A stretch of DNA of 64,000 bases from a virus. Where the stretch lies: the IMG/VR virus record IMGVR_UViG_3300043436_003510, positions 5,937 through 69,936 of that record. One strand, written 5' to 3'. This document shows positions 42,033 through 50,714 of the stretch, one piece after another. The notes below the pieces were generated by a model. The model was given only the letters and a program-made list of their open reading frames with translations, ran no database searches and was not told the DNA's origin. A program made the position numbers and the translations under genes. Each line of letters opens with the position of its first letter. Positions within the stretch are counted from its first letter, which is position 1.

Positions 42033-45000
42033 ATGCAAAACGAACTCGCTACATATAGGGCAAAATCTTTTACGGCTGAAGCAAACAAATCCTCAATTGC
42101 TTACGAGGTGAAGCGCACCCGTGCCGTCTTTGACAACAGTCTTTCAATCCCTGGGACAAACCGCCGCGGCGGTTGGCGTTGCCCACCAGGAACTCGTTAC
42201 GGTGGACAAATTACCGACCGATTCGGAAGAAACTGCGGCTGGGGTGTATCACGCAGAATCGCTAACGAAATTTCTGACATTGGCGAAAGATTAGAGTCTG
42301 TTTCTGAAAGAAGACAAAGACGGCGCGAGGCGAGAGTTTCTGCACGCAGGGGTCGCCCTGGTGTCGTTGAGCGTGCAGCAGGTCGTATCGCAGATGCTTT
42401 AGAAACTGATTCCCCCGCAGGGGAAACTCCTCGTAGGGGTCGTGAACGAAGAGGACCTTCTCGTCGCCGTCCAAACTTGCGCGATTCGGAACAGCGCAGA
42501 ATGGACAGAGAAATTGACGAACCTGGCGCTTTAAGAACAGGTCAAAGCCGACGCCGCCGTGCAACTACTGAAGTTGTTGACCGTCCACGCCCTCCTGCTC
42601 CAGTTGCTGAACCTGCAAAGAAAGTACCTGCAAAGAAGAAAGCAGCAAAGAAGAAGGCCGTAGCGAAAAAGGCTCCCGCCAAAAAGGTACCCGCAAAGAA
42701 GGCTCCTGCCAAGAAGAACCCGTATGAGGCTTCTTTCCAGAGACTTGGTTGGAGACAAGACGGAGACAAATGGGTTAAAGGAAACTGGGAGATAAGCGTC
42801 AACGAGGATGGCGATTTAGTAGCGAAACACCGAAAAACAGGTGAAATCATTGAACAAGGCAGGGCTGATGGAGTATCAACCGCAGACCATATGTATGTGT
42901 TTGAGGGGATATTAAGCAGTCTTGATTCAGATTTCCCTTCCACGCCGCCTAGACCTGACGAACCAGCAAAGAAACCTGCCAAAAAGAAGCCAGCAAAGAA
43001 GGCGGCCCGTTCTAAAGTCCCTGCAAAACTACGACTTGACAGCGACGATGCTGCCAACTCGGAAAGAATGCGTCAGGCCCGCGCCGATAGAGAACGAGGC
43101 GCTGGCGAAAAAGTTGACTTAGGGCAAGTAATGGACGACGACAGAATAAACGAATATCTGTTGGATGTCATAAACAATGGGCGTTTAGAGATAATCAACG
43201 ACCGCAACAACTTTGGTCAGACAGAGCCCGAGAGATTCAGGGCGGCTACTAGGGCAGAAGCAAAAATATCACAGGCACAAGCGCGACTTGAAAGAATTCA
43301 GCGATTAATAAATAGAGGCGATTTGGCCGATAATGATTACTTGCAATTTGAAGTTGACGGCGAGCGATTCAATATAGCAAATGTAAAAACTCGTCTGAGA
43401 GACAACATAGACGCATGGGAAGAAGTTTTAAAGTTAAATAAAGAAAAGACGCCCAAAAACAAAAAACCAATCGCCCCAGATGCAGGTCGCGAAGGCTCAA
43501 CTGCACTTAACGGAATTCGTCAGAGAATCGCTGATGGGAAGCGTCATCGGAGCGCCGACTTCGCAAAAAATACGCCTATGACTCCAGAGGAGTTAAAAAA
43601 AGTTGCTGGTTTAACAGCCGAACAAGCACGGCAATACGATGCAACGGTAGCAAGGTCCCTTGCAGAAGACAAAGAATGGATTAAGAGATACAGCATCCAA
43701 GAGATTGAAGGGAACTTGCGGCGGATAAATATTGATGCCTACCGCAGAGCACTCAATGACCGCATTAAAGAACTGAGAGATAATAGTCCGACGGCAACAA
43801 TGGACGAAATTGTTGAATTGCAAAGAAGGGTTTCTCTCAGCAATGCCTCACTAAGAGAAGCAATTGGAAAGCAAGAAAATTTCAATCAACGACTGAAGGA
43901 ACTTCGGGCAAAAGCAAAAAACCCCGATAGTGCATTGCGCGATAAGATTCGGGCTGCTGGAGTGATTGTCGTTGGCGACACTCCATTAAACGCTGACCAA
44001 CTATTACGGTTTGGTGGTGTTTTGGAAGCAGACTTTAACGGAATGCAAGAACGCATACAACTCGGCAAAAACCTACTTGCGCGCGATATGAAATCGTGGA
44101 CCAAAGAAAACATTGCGGAACTTCGTGCAGTCGTTGCTGGCACAGACCGTGAAGTGAAGGGGGCAAAACGGGATTTGAAATTCAGCCTTGAACGAATGAG
44201 AACATTGGGACCCAACGCTAGTGATAGCGACTTCCAGAGACTTAAAGCCGATGTAATAGCAGCCAATATTAATTATGCGCAAATGATAAACAGGCGTCAA
44301 GCGCTTACTGACCGCCTAGAAAAACTTGGAGCGCCTAAAGAAGAATCAGCACCCGAACCAATAGATGGTCTTCGGGTTGTGTTTGCAGGAAGACGACCAG
44401 GATTTGAAAGAGATTGGGATGCTGAACGCCGACGGGTCAGTGATATGGCTGGAACTTTTGTCAATCTTGACGAAGATGCAGTTACGGCTAAAATTCGTGA
44501 CATTAATCAAAACCTTGATTACAACCGAGAGTATCTTAACAATCTCACAGCAATGAATCCTGAGCAAAGAATACAACTTCCAAACAGGGTTGTTAAGGCT
44601 GGCGACTTAAAGGACGAAGTCCAAGGTGTTGTAGATGCATGGCAAGGCGCGAAAGATGCAGCAAATGACAGGCTGATAAGAATCAACTCAAACCGTTTGC
44701 CTGGTTTGGCGGGCCAAAGAATTTTCCGAGGTCAAAATATTGATGGTTTTGGAACTGTTGAAATAGCGGAAAGGCAGTTCAATGAATTGCTGACGAACAA
44801 CCCTGATACTCGTTTTAATCTCATTAATCATAACGGCAGATTTTATGCTGTTTCACAAAGCCAACTTGACAATGCGCGACTTAACGGTCTGAACAATCCG
44901 ACAATCTTAAAAACCAAAGGTGGGCTACCGCTCGCTAATGAACTTCCACCAGTTGACGCGGAAGTTGCTAGGCAAGCAAAAGAGCGTGTAGATAAGGCAA

Positions 45001-45839
45001 TCAAACAGCGGCAAGATGTTCTGGCTGGGTACCTTGATAAACGCTACGGGTCTGGGAATGCTCCGTGGAAAGAAATGACGGCAGAGCGAAGAATTGAACT
45101 TGCTCAACGGGCTGCACAAGGTGATTCTACAGCGAAGCGGGAACTTCGTGAATGGGCGAAAGCAATGTATAGCCATGATGAAATTGAAGGAAAAAATGGC
45201 AAAACATACAGAATTGTTGCAACACCAACAGTGGGCTCTCAATCTATTAAAATCGTTTCCCAAATACAAAGAAAACAGGCAGACGGAACCTGGCTTGATG
45301 TGGGTGGCAGTGAACGAACGATTTATCATAACGCAGTCCCAGCACATGTATATAACAACAGCATGTTTATCAATGTTGCCGAAGACAAAAATGCGGGAAT
45401 TCAAACAATCTACAATCAACACGCTTGGATGTATGCCCAAGCCTCTGGGTTTGAATACATCAGTGTGAGCGCCGTACAAGATGGACCGTATGTTTGGGGA
45501 AGAGTTGGATTTACTGAGGAAATTAGACCCACTCAAATTTCGGCAATGAATGCCCAAGTTGCCAACTTCCGCGATGGTCAAGGAAATTCAATTGTTAAAA
45601 ACGAAACAGATGCTCGTATTCTGGAGCATTTAATTGGAGAATATATTAGAAACCCCCGCAGCGTCAGACACGCTGATTTTATTCTTGCCCTAACAATTGA
45701 AGGCTCTCCAGCAGAAAAGAAAGAACGCGAAAAAGAACTGAGAGACTGGTTTGTTGTAAACATGCAATTCGGTAGCGGAAAGTTAAACTTGAACGATAAT
45801 AAAATCTCTGCTGACCCACGAGAAAGAGTAAGGACATAA
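42033..45839 (+). CDS. RCPPGT-tagged effector with PAKK repeats and C-terminal GNAT-like acetyltransferase
   Basis: Same N-terminal tag as 38622; KNAGIQT, GFEYISVSAVQDGPYVWGRVGF. Confidence 0.7.
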   Translation: MQNELATYRAKSFTAEANKSSIAYEVKRTRAVFDNSLSIPGTNRRGGWRCPPGTRYGGQITDRFGRNCGWGVSRRIANEISDIGERLESVSERRQRRREARVSARRGRPGVVERAAGRIADALETDSPAGETPRRGRERRGPSRRRPNLRDSEQRRMDREIDEPGALRTGQSRRRRATTEVVDRPRPPAPVAEPAKKVPAKKKAAKKKAVAKKAPAKKVPAKKAPAKKNPYEASFQRLGWRQDGDKWVKGNWEISVNEDGDLVAKHRKTGEIIEQGRADGVSTADHMYVFEGILSSLDSDFPSTPPRPDEPAKKPAKKKPAKKAARSKVPAKLRLDSDDAANSERMRQARADRERGAGEKVDLGQVMDDDRINEYLLDVINNGRLEIINDRNNFGQTEPERFRAATRAEAKISQAQARLERIQRLINRGDLADNDYLQFEVDGERFNIANVKTRLRDNIDAWEEVLKLNKEKTPKNKKPIAPDAGREGSTALNGIRQRIADGKRHRSADFAKNTPMTPEELKKVAGLTAEQARQYDATVARSLAEDKEWIKRYSIQEIEGNLRRINIDAYRRALNDRIKELRDNSPTATMDEIVELQRRVSLSNASLREAIGKQENFNQRLKELRAKAKNPDSALRDKIRAAGVIVVGDTPLNADQLLRFGGVLEADFNGMQERIQLGKNLLARDMKSWTKENIAELRAVVAGTDREVKGAKRDLKFSLERMRTLGPNASDSDFQRLKADVIAANINYAQMINRRQALTDRLEKLGAPKEESAPEPIDGLRVVFAGRRPGFERDWDAERRRVSDMAGTFVNLDEDAVTAKIRDINQNLDYNREYLNNLTAMNPEQRIQLPNRVVKAGDLKDEVQGVVDAWQGAKDAANDRLIRINSNRLPGLAGQRIFRGQNIDGFGTVEIAERQFNELLTNNPDTRFNLINHNGRFYAVSQSQLDNARLNGLNNPTILKTKGGLPLANELPPVDAEVARQAKERVDKAIKQRQDVLAGYLDKRYGSGNAPWKEMTAERRIELAQRAAQGDSTAKRELREWAKAMYSHDEIEGKNGKTYRIVATPTVGSQSIKIVSQIQRKQADGTWLDVGGSERTIYHNAVPAHVYNNSMFINVAEDKNAGIQTIYNQHAWMYAQASGFEYISVSAVQDGPYVWGRVGFTEEIRPTQISAMNAQVANFRDGQGNSIVKNETDARILEHLIGEYIRNPRSVRHADFILALTIEGSPAEKKEREKELRDWFVVNMQFGSGKLNLNDNKISADPRERVRT

Positions 45840-45841
45840 AA

Positions 45842-46105
45842 ATGGCTCTCTTTACAGAAGAACAAAAAAGAGATATTCGCGAATATGTCTTTAAACTTGA
45901 ATCAAAAAAGCGTTCTAAAATACTTCAGTGCGTTGGAATACTTCAAGCAGACGGAGAAGATGAAGACACGCTGGTAGCAACAATGTACCAGATGGCATCA
46001 AACCCAAAAGACCTTGACAGAATACATAAGGCTCTTGTCAATTCAGCCCTCGCTGCAGGTCCTGCTTTTGAAGTAGAAAAAAAACCTGACCCTAAAGAAG
46101 GGTGA
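45842..46105 (+). CDS. Small helical partner downstream of GNAT effector (candidate immunity)
   Basis: Starts 2 nt after effector stop; helix-EDED-helix. Confidence 0.55.
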   Translation: MALFTEEQKRDIREYVFKLESKKRSKILQCVGILQADGEDEDTLVATMYQMASNPKDLDRIHKALVNSALAAGPAFEVEKKPDPKEG

Positions 46106-46108
46106 GTT

Positions 46109-47350
46109 ATGAAATCTACACGGAAACAGGCGTTACGCATAGCCCAAAGACTGGGTTGCTATGGAGCGCACCAAAATGAAGACGGTGCATGGATGCCTTG
46201 TGCCGACCATGAAACATTCACCTCTGTGAGCAGGGGAGAGAAGCCTGCATCAAAGAAGTGGTTCATACCAGAACTTCAGCGCAAAGCAGCATCTGTGGCT
46301 GGTCGCGGACAGTTGTTTACTTCACGAGAAGAAGCGGTTGCTGAATCCAAAAAGAACGGCTGCTCTGGAGTCCGCGTAGTTATCGTCAATGGCGGAAAAA
46401 TGTATGCCGCCTGCATGCCAAAGAACAATGGGGCACCTGAAAACACTGGAATGATTTCTCCACGAAAAAGAGATTTTGAGCCGCTTGGCGAAAGAGGTGT
46501 TGTTTCTATTGAAACACTTCCAGACGGCGGTCTTGTTTCGGGCAAAGAGTATGACATTGAAGAGATTGATGCCAAGGGTTTTGTTAACTATGTAAGTCGT
46601 TCCACGGACCCAGATGTGTATACAAACCCAGACTCGGCTCGTGTTCGCTCACGCCAACTTGGTTGTATTGGTATTCGCTCATATACCGCCCGTGACGGCA
46701 AGAGGGTTTACCTTCCATGCACTAATGGTTCTGACTACAACCGCACCATGAATTTAAGACCAGATGGAAATAGAAAAAAGAAATCAGACTGCGGTTGCGG
46801 CTGCAGTGAAAAATCTTTAGCAAAAACTCCAGCACCTAAGAAAGACAAGGTTTTCGGCTCTAGAAAGAATCGTGTCGGTTCTGCGGGGTCACTTCGGTCT
46901 GCTGGTGACATTTCTATGACCCCAGAGATTGTTGCTTCTCTCACTAAAAAAGTAAGAGAACACAACGCCGAAGTTAAAAAAAACAAAAAGGAAAACTGGT
47001 CAAAGACTAATCTTCGTGCTCTTAAAGCAGTCTACCGTCGTGGTGCAGGGGCGTTCAGCGTAAGCCATCGCCCTGGAATGAATAGAAACCAGTGGGCCAT
47101 GGGGAGAGTCAATGCCTTCTTGAGACTGTTGTCAAGCGGTAGTGCCAAGAGTTCATACACAACAGACAATGACCTACTCCCCAAAGGGCACCCGTGGAAA
47201 AAGAAGGGGTTGTCTGGAAAATCATTTACTATTGACGGCGCTGAGCACTTTGCCGAGGAACTGACCGTTGGGATTAAGTCCATCGGAGATACAAAGTTTG
47301 TTGCTCAGAGGTTTATTGCGTTTCCGCTCCCCAAAGAGTGTGAAGAATAA
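46109..47350 (+). CDS. Multi-domain Cys-repeat head-region protein
   Basis: Three A...GC.G......G..(W/Y).(P/A)C repeats (DUF3721-like); LKAVYRRG.GAF..SHRP......WA.GRVNAFL domain. Confidence 0.65.
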   Translation: MKSTRKQALRIAQRLGCYGAHQNEDGAWMPCADHETFTSVSRGEKPASKKWFIPELQRKAASVAGRGQLFTSREEAVAESKKNGCSGVRVVIVNGGKMYAACMPKNNGAPENTGMISPRKRDFEPLGERGVVSIETLPDGGLVSGKEYDIEEIDAKGFVNYVSRSTDPDVYTNPDSARVRSRQLGCIGIRSYTARDGKRVYLPCTNGSDYNRTMNLRPDGNRKKKSDCGCGCSEKSLAKTPAPKKDKVFGSRKNRVGSAGSLRSAGDISMTPEIVASLTKKVREHNAEVKKNKKENWSKTNLRALKAVYRRGAGAFSVSHRPGMNRNQWAMGRVNAFLRLLSSGSAKSSYTTDNDLLPKGHPWKKKGLSGKSFTIDGAEHFAEELTVGIKSIGDTKFVAQRFIAFPLPKECEE

Positions 47351-47485
47351 AAACAATAAAATACAAATAGTTGCATGAAAGTGCTGTGATGAGATGTTAC
47401 TCTCATTTATAAGACCTTATGGTTGGGTGCTTACCTAGGCCGTTAGTCGGAAGACACATACAGATATATTCCATAGGAGTGAATA

Positions 47486-48793
47486 ATGTCATTTGACGAA
47501 TCCCGTCTCCGCGAACTTCAAGGTGCCTTGCGCACCAAGATGGCGGACAACAAGACCATTGCCGACTCGTTCCAAATTGAGGACGGCACCGTAGTAGTTA
47601 ACGCTGAACAGAAGTCTGCGTTTGATTCCAACATGCGTGACATCCGCGAAATCAAGAGCCTCATTGAGGGCCTTGAAGGTATGCGCGATGTTGAGCAGTG
47701 GGGCGACCGTCCTGCTAGCGAATCAGTAGCACAGAAAACAGCAGCCGAAGGCAACTGGACACCACAGGCACAATCAAAGAGCCTCGGTGGAATGTTCCTT
47801 GACTCACCAGAATTCAAGTCACTTCAGGGTGGCAAGAACGGTGCAAACATGCCTTCACCTTTCCAATTGAACCGTGGCGATGTCACAGGTCTTTGGGGAA
47901 CTAAGGATGTTTTCTCCGCAATGCCATCAGGTACACCTGGTTCATTCGGTACAATCCAGCGCGACCCAATCGTTATCCCACCAATGCGTACCCGTCGTGT
48001 TCGTGACTTGTTCCCAAGCCGCACCACGACAGCCGCTGTTGTTGAGTACTTCCGCATGACTGGTTTCACCAACAATGCTGCTGCAGTGTCAGAGCGTTCG
48101 GGAACCCCTTCGGTGTTCACTGCAAAGCCACAGTCTGGTTTCACCTTTGTTGGTGAGCAGGCTCCAGTGCGTACACTCGCACACTGGGAAGCAGCACACC
48201 GCAATGTTCTCGCAGACGAGCCACAGTTGCGTTCAATCATTGACAACGAACTCCTTTACGGTTTGCGTTTGCAAGAAGATGAGCAAATCCTCAACGGTGA
48301 CGGTGCAGGCGAAAACTTGACAGGTATCTTGGAGACATCAGGTATTCAGTCATACGACTGGTCCGATGGACTCGTTGGTGACAACAAGGCAGACGCAATC
48401 CGTCGTGCAGCAACACTTTCCTTCTTGGCTTACTACGAGCCAACAGGTGTTGTTCTTCACCCGAACGATTGGGAAGACATTGAATTGTCAAAGGATGACA
48501 ATGGCCAGTACTTGGTCGCTGTTTCCGTGGCACTCGGTGGCGAACCACGCTTGTGGAGAATTCCTGTTGTTGACACTCCAGCAATGCCAGAGGGCAAGGC
48601 CCTTGTTGGTGCATTCGGCACAGGAGCACAGTTGTACGACCGTGAGCAGGCAAGCATCCGTATCAGCGAACAGCATGCAGACTTCTTCGTCCGCAACGCA
48701 ATCGTTGTACTCGCGGAACAGCGTCTCGCTCTTGCAGTCAAGCGTCCAGAGGCTTTCGTTGCAGTCAACTTTGACGGTGCACCAGAAGCCTAA
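47486..48793 (+). CDS. Major capsid protein (HK97 fold, with delta domain)
   Basis: Coiled-coil N-terminus, KSLG, VRDLF, EQILNGDG, V.HPNDW, F.RN....LAE.R..LAV.RPEAF. Confidence 0.95.
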   Translation: MSFDESRLRELQGALRTKMADNKTIADSFQIEDGTVVVNAEQKSAFDSNMRDIREIKSLIEGLEGMRDVEQWGDRPASESVAQKTAAEGNWTPQAQSKSLGGMFLDSPEFKSLQGGKNGANMPSPFQLNRGDVTGLWGTKDVFSAMPSGTPGSFGTIQRDPIVIPPMRTRRVRDLFPSRTTTAAVVEYFRMTGFTNNAAAVSERSGTPSVFTAKPQSGFTFVGEQAPVRTLAHWEAAHRNVLADEPQLRSIIDNELLYGLRLQEDEQILNGDGAGENLTGILETSGIQSYDWSDGLVGDNKADAIRRAATLSFLAYYEPTGVVLHPNDWEDIELSKDDNGQYLVAVSVALGGEPRLWRIPVVDTPAMPEGKALVGAFGTGAQLYDREQASIRISEQHADFFVRNAIVVLAEQRLALAVKRPEAFVAVNFDGAPEA

Positions 48794-48820
48794 TCAAAAA
48801 ATCCGCCTACCTTAGGCAAG

Positions 48821-48858
48821 AGGAGAGCCCCCGTCTTAATTGGCGGGGGTTCTTCTTT
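48821..48858 (+). terminator. Rho-independent terminator after capsid gene
   Basis: gagcccccgtc-ttaatt-ggcgggggttc followed by ttcttt. Confidence 0.75.
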
Positions 48859-48875
48859 GTCCAGAATTGAATGAA

Positions 48876-49394
48876 ATGAAAGAAAATCAACCGTTTCTAT
48901 ATTGCGGAAAACTTCCTAACTTTCAAGCGCTTCTCAATAAAGTTTTGTTACTGGATGATTCTCAATGGTTTTCTTTTAGGGAGCGCAAGTCTGGGGTTGC
49001 CGCAGAAAAAACAGACACAATTCCGCTTGTTTATGATAAGAAGATAAAACTGAGTTCATTTATTACTCATGAACTTTATGCAAATTTTGAATCCGACATA
49101 CAGGCCGCTGTTAAATTATGTAGCGTCGGCACAAGAATAGAGCAAGCAATGCTTGCAAGACTTGCTAACGGCGTGTCAATACCTAGACATAAAGACAAAG
49201 GGACTATAACTGCTTCTACTCACCGAATTCATGTTCCAGTCATCACAAACGAAAAATGTATTTTTACTGTTGACGATGAAAGCATGTCTTTGTCTGCTGG
49301 TGAAGTATGGATTATAGACAATGTTGACAGATACCACTCTGTTTCCAACATGGGCGAACAAAGCAGGATACATCTGATAATAGATGTCCGCTAA
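48876..49394 (+). CDS. Aspartyl/asparaginyl beta-hydroxylase-like 2OG-Fe(II) dioxygenase
   Basis: IPRHKD, RIHVPVITN, GEVW..DN...HSV.N.G...RIHLIID. Confidence 0.85.
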   Translation: MKENQPFLYCGKLPNFQALLNKVLLLDDSQWFSFRERKSGVAAEKTDTIPLVYDKKIKLSSFITHELYANFESDIQAAVKLCSVGTRIEQAMLARLANGVSIPRHKDKGTITASTHRIHVPVITNEKCIFTVDDESMSLSAGEVWIIDNVDRYHSVSNMGEQSRIHLIIDVR

Positions 49395-49436
49395 AGATAA
49401 ATAGCGTAAAATGTCTATATCAAAGAGAGATTAGAT

Positions 49437-49808
49437 ATGACCGAAAAAAGCATCGTTCCATTTGCGCTGTTTGTTGAAACAAAAGCAGACAAGCCACTCA
49501 AAGACCCAAAAGGTGGGTTAACCGCTGCAGGTCGTGCTTTCTTCAACAGAACAGAAGGCTCAAACCTGAAGCCTGGAGTTCGTGGAGCAGCAGACACACC
49601 TGACAAGATGCGTCGTAAAGGTTCCTTCTTGACAAGATTCTTCACTAACCCCAGCGGTCCCCTAAAAGATGAAAAAGGAAGACCGACCCGCTTGGCTCTC
49701 TCGGCGGCAGCATGGGGTGAGCCAGTACCCGAAACAGTAGAAGACGCTAAGAAACTTGCTGCTAAAGGCCGTTCACTTCTTGAAAAATACAAAAAGACAC
49801 AGGATTAA
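49437..49808 (+). CDS. Basic phage protein (KDPKGGL...GSNLK...SF family)
   Basis: KDPKGGLTAAGR, GSNLKPGV, RKGSFLTRF, PTRLAL...AW; preceded by ETK|A. Confidence 0.65.
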   Translation: MTEKSIVPFALFVETKADKPLKDPKGGLTAAGRAFFNRTEGSNLKPGVRGAADTPDKMRRKGSFLTRFFTNPSGPLKDEKGRPTRLALSAAAWGEPVPETVEDAKKLAAKGRSLLEKYKKTQD

Positions 49809-49810
49809 AA

Positions 49811-50122
49811 ATGTACGACAGTGTAATTCCACAAAACATTCAAATTCAAGATGATGAAGATGCAGAACTTGAACCACGCCAACGCATCATGTATGAGTTC
49901 TACGAACTTATTGCAAAAAAAATGGGCAAGTGGGACCAGACAACTGGACCAGATGGTGCCCACTACGCAGAAGAAAACCCTTTTGCTAGCAAAGGAATGA
50001 AATGCATCAACTGTTCATTCTTCCAAGGCGGCGGTCGTTGTGAAGTTGTGACTGGAGAAATTAAACCAGAAGCAATTTGTAAGTTGTGGGTTATCCGCAA
50101 AGACCTTTTGAAAGAAGGATGA
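49811..50122 (+). CDS. HiPIP-like four-Cys protein
   Basis: Y........KCINCSFF....C.VV.GEI.P...C.LW. Confidence 0.65.
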   Translation: MYDSVIPQNIQIQDDEDAELEPRQRIMYEFYELIAKKMGKWDQTTGPDGAHYAEENPFASKGMKCINCSFFQGGGRCEVVTGEIKPEAICKLWVIRKDLLKEG

Positions 50123-50123
50123 C

Positions 50124-50348
50124 ATGGCAAGCAAAAAACCAGCAAAACCAATGGCAGGACAAAGCAAGCAAGTAACTCTTGACCCAAATGTGTACGGTCA
50201 ATTAACTCGCTTTATAGGAACCAAGACAACACCATGTGTTTGTGAAAGATGCAAGCGTTTCGTTGTTCGCGGAATGGTTCGTGTTCTTAACGACAAGTTC
50301 TACTGCTCTGTAGGTTGCGTTAAGCCAATCCAAAACTCAGACGACTGA
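50124..50348 (+). CDS. Small zinc-finger protein
   Basis: CERC...YCS..C. Confidence 0.65.
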   Translation: MASKKPAKPMAGQSKQVTLDPNVYGQLTRFIGTKTTPCVCERCKRFVVRGMVRVLNDKFYCSVGCVKPIQNSDD

Positions 50349-50714
50349 TATCTCTATACGGCGCACAGCCTTATCAAGAAGTTCAATAGCCTCTTCTTTT
50401 GTTGAGTCCAGACACCAAAAGTCAATATCGTTTGAAGCAATGCCTTCTATAAAAGAAACAAGTTCCAAGAAGAGCGCATACTTCTTTGGGTCTGTAATTG
50501 GCGCATCGGAAAGAGAACCGTCCCAAGATTTCATGTCTTTGACTTTTGCACCCATTGCGTGAGCCAACGCCCCCACTAAACCAAATTTTTGGTCGTAAGG
50601 GTCGTAAGCCACGACAGATGTATAAGTATTTTTTTCAAGAACGCTTATTGCGCTATTTAGTGACTGCAGTGCACCCAGTTCACCAAGCAAAATAAAACTC
50701 ATAGAAAAATACAT
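50337..50714 (-). CDS. Hypothetical protein
   Basis: TAATG coupling to the RNR stop. Confidence 0.6.
   Translation of the reverse strand: MYFSMSFILLGELGALQSLNSAISVLEKNTYTSVVAYDPYDQKFGLVGALAHAMGAKVKDMKSWDGSLSDAPITDPKKYALFLELVSFIEGIASNDIDFWCLDSTKEEAIELLDKAVRRIEISVV

Noticed and set aside
47351-47485. Structured ncRNA or riboswitch in the capsid leader
   Set aside because: Only one modest hairpin (tgggt-gctt-accta) is visible; no recognisable family
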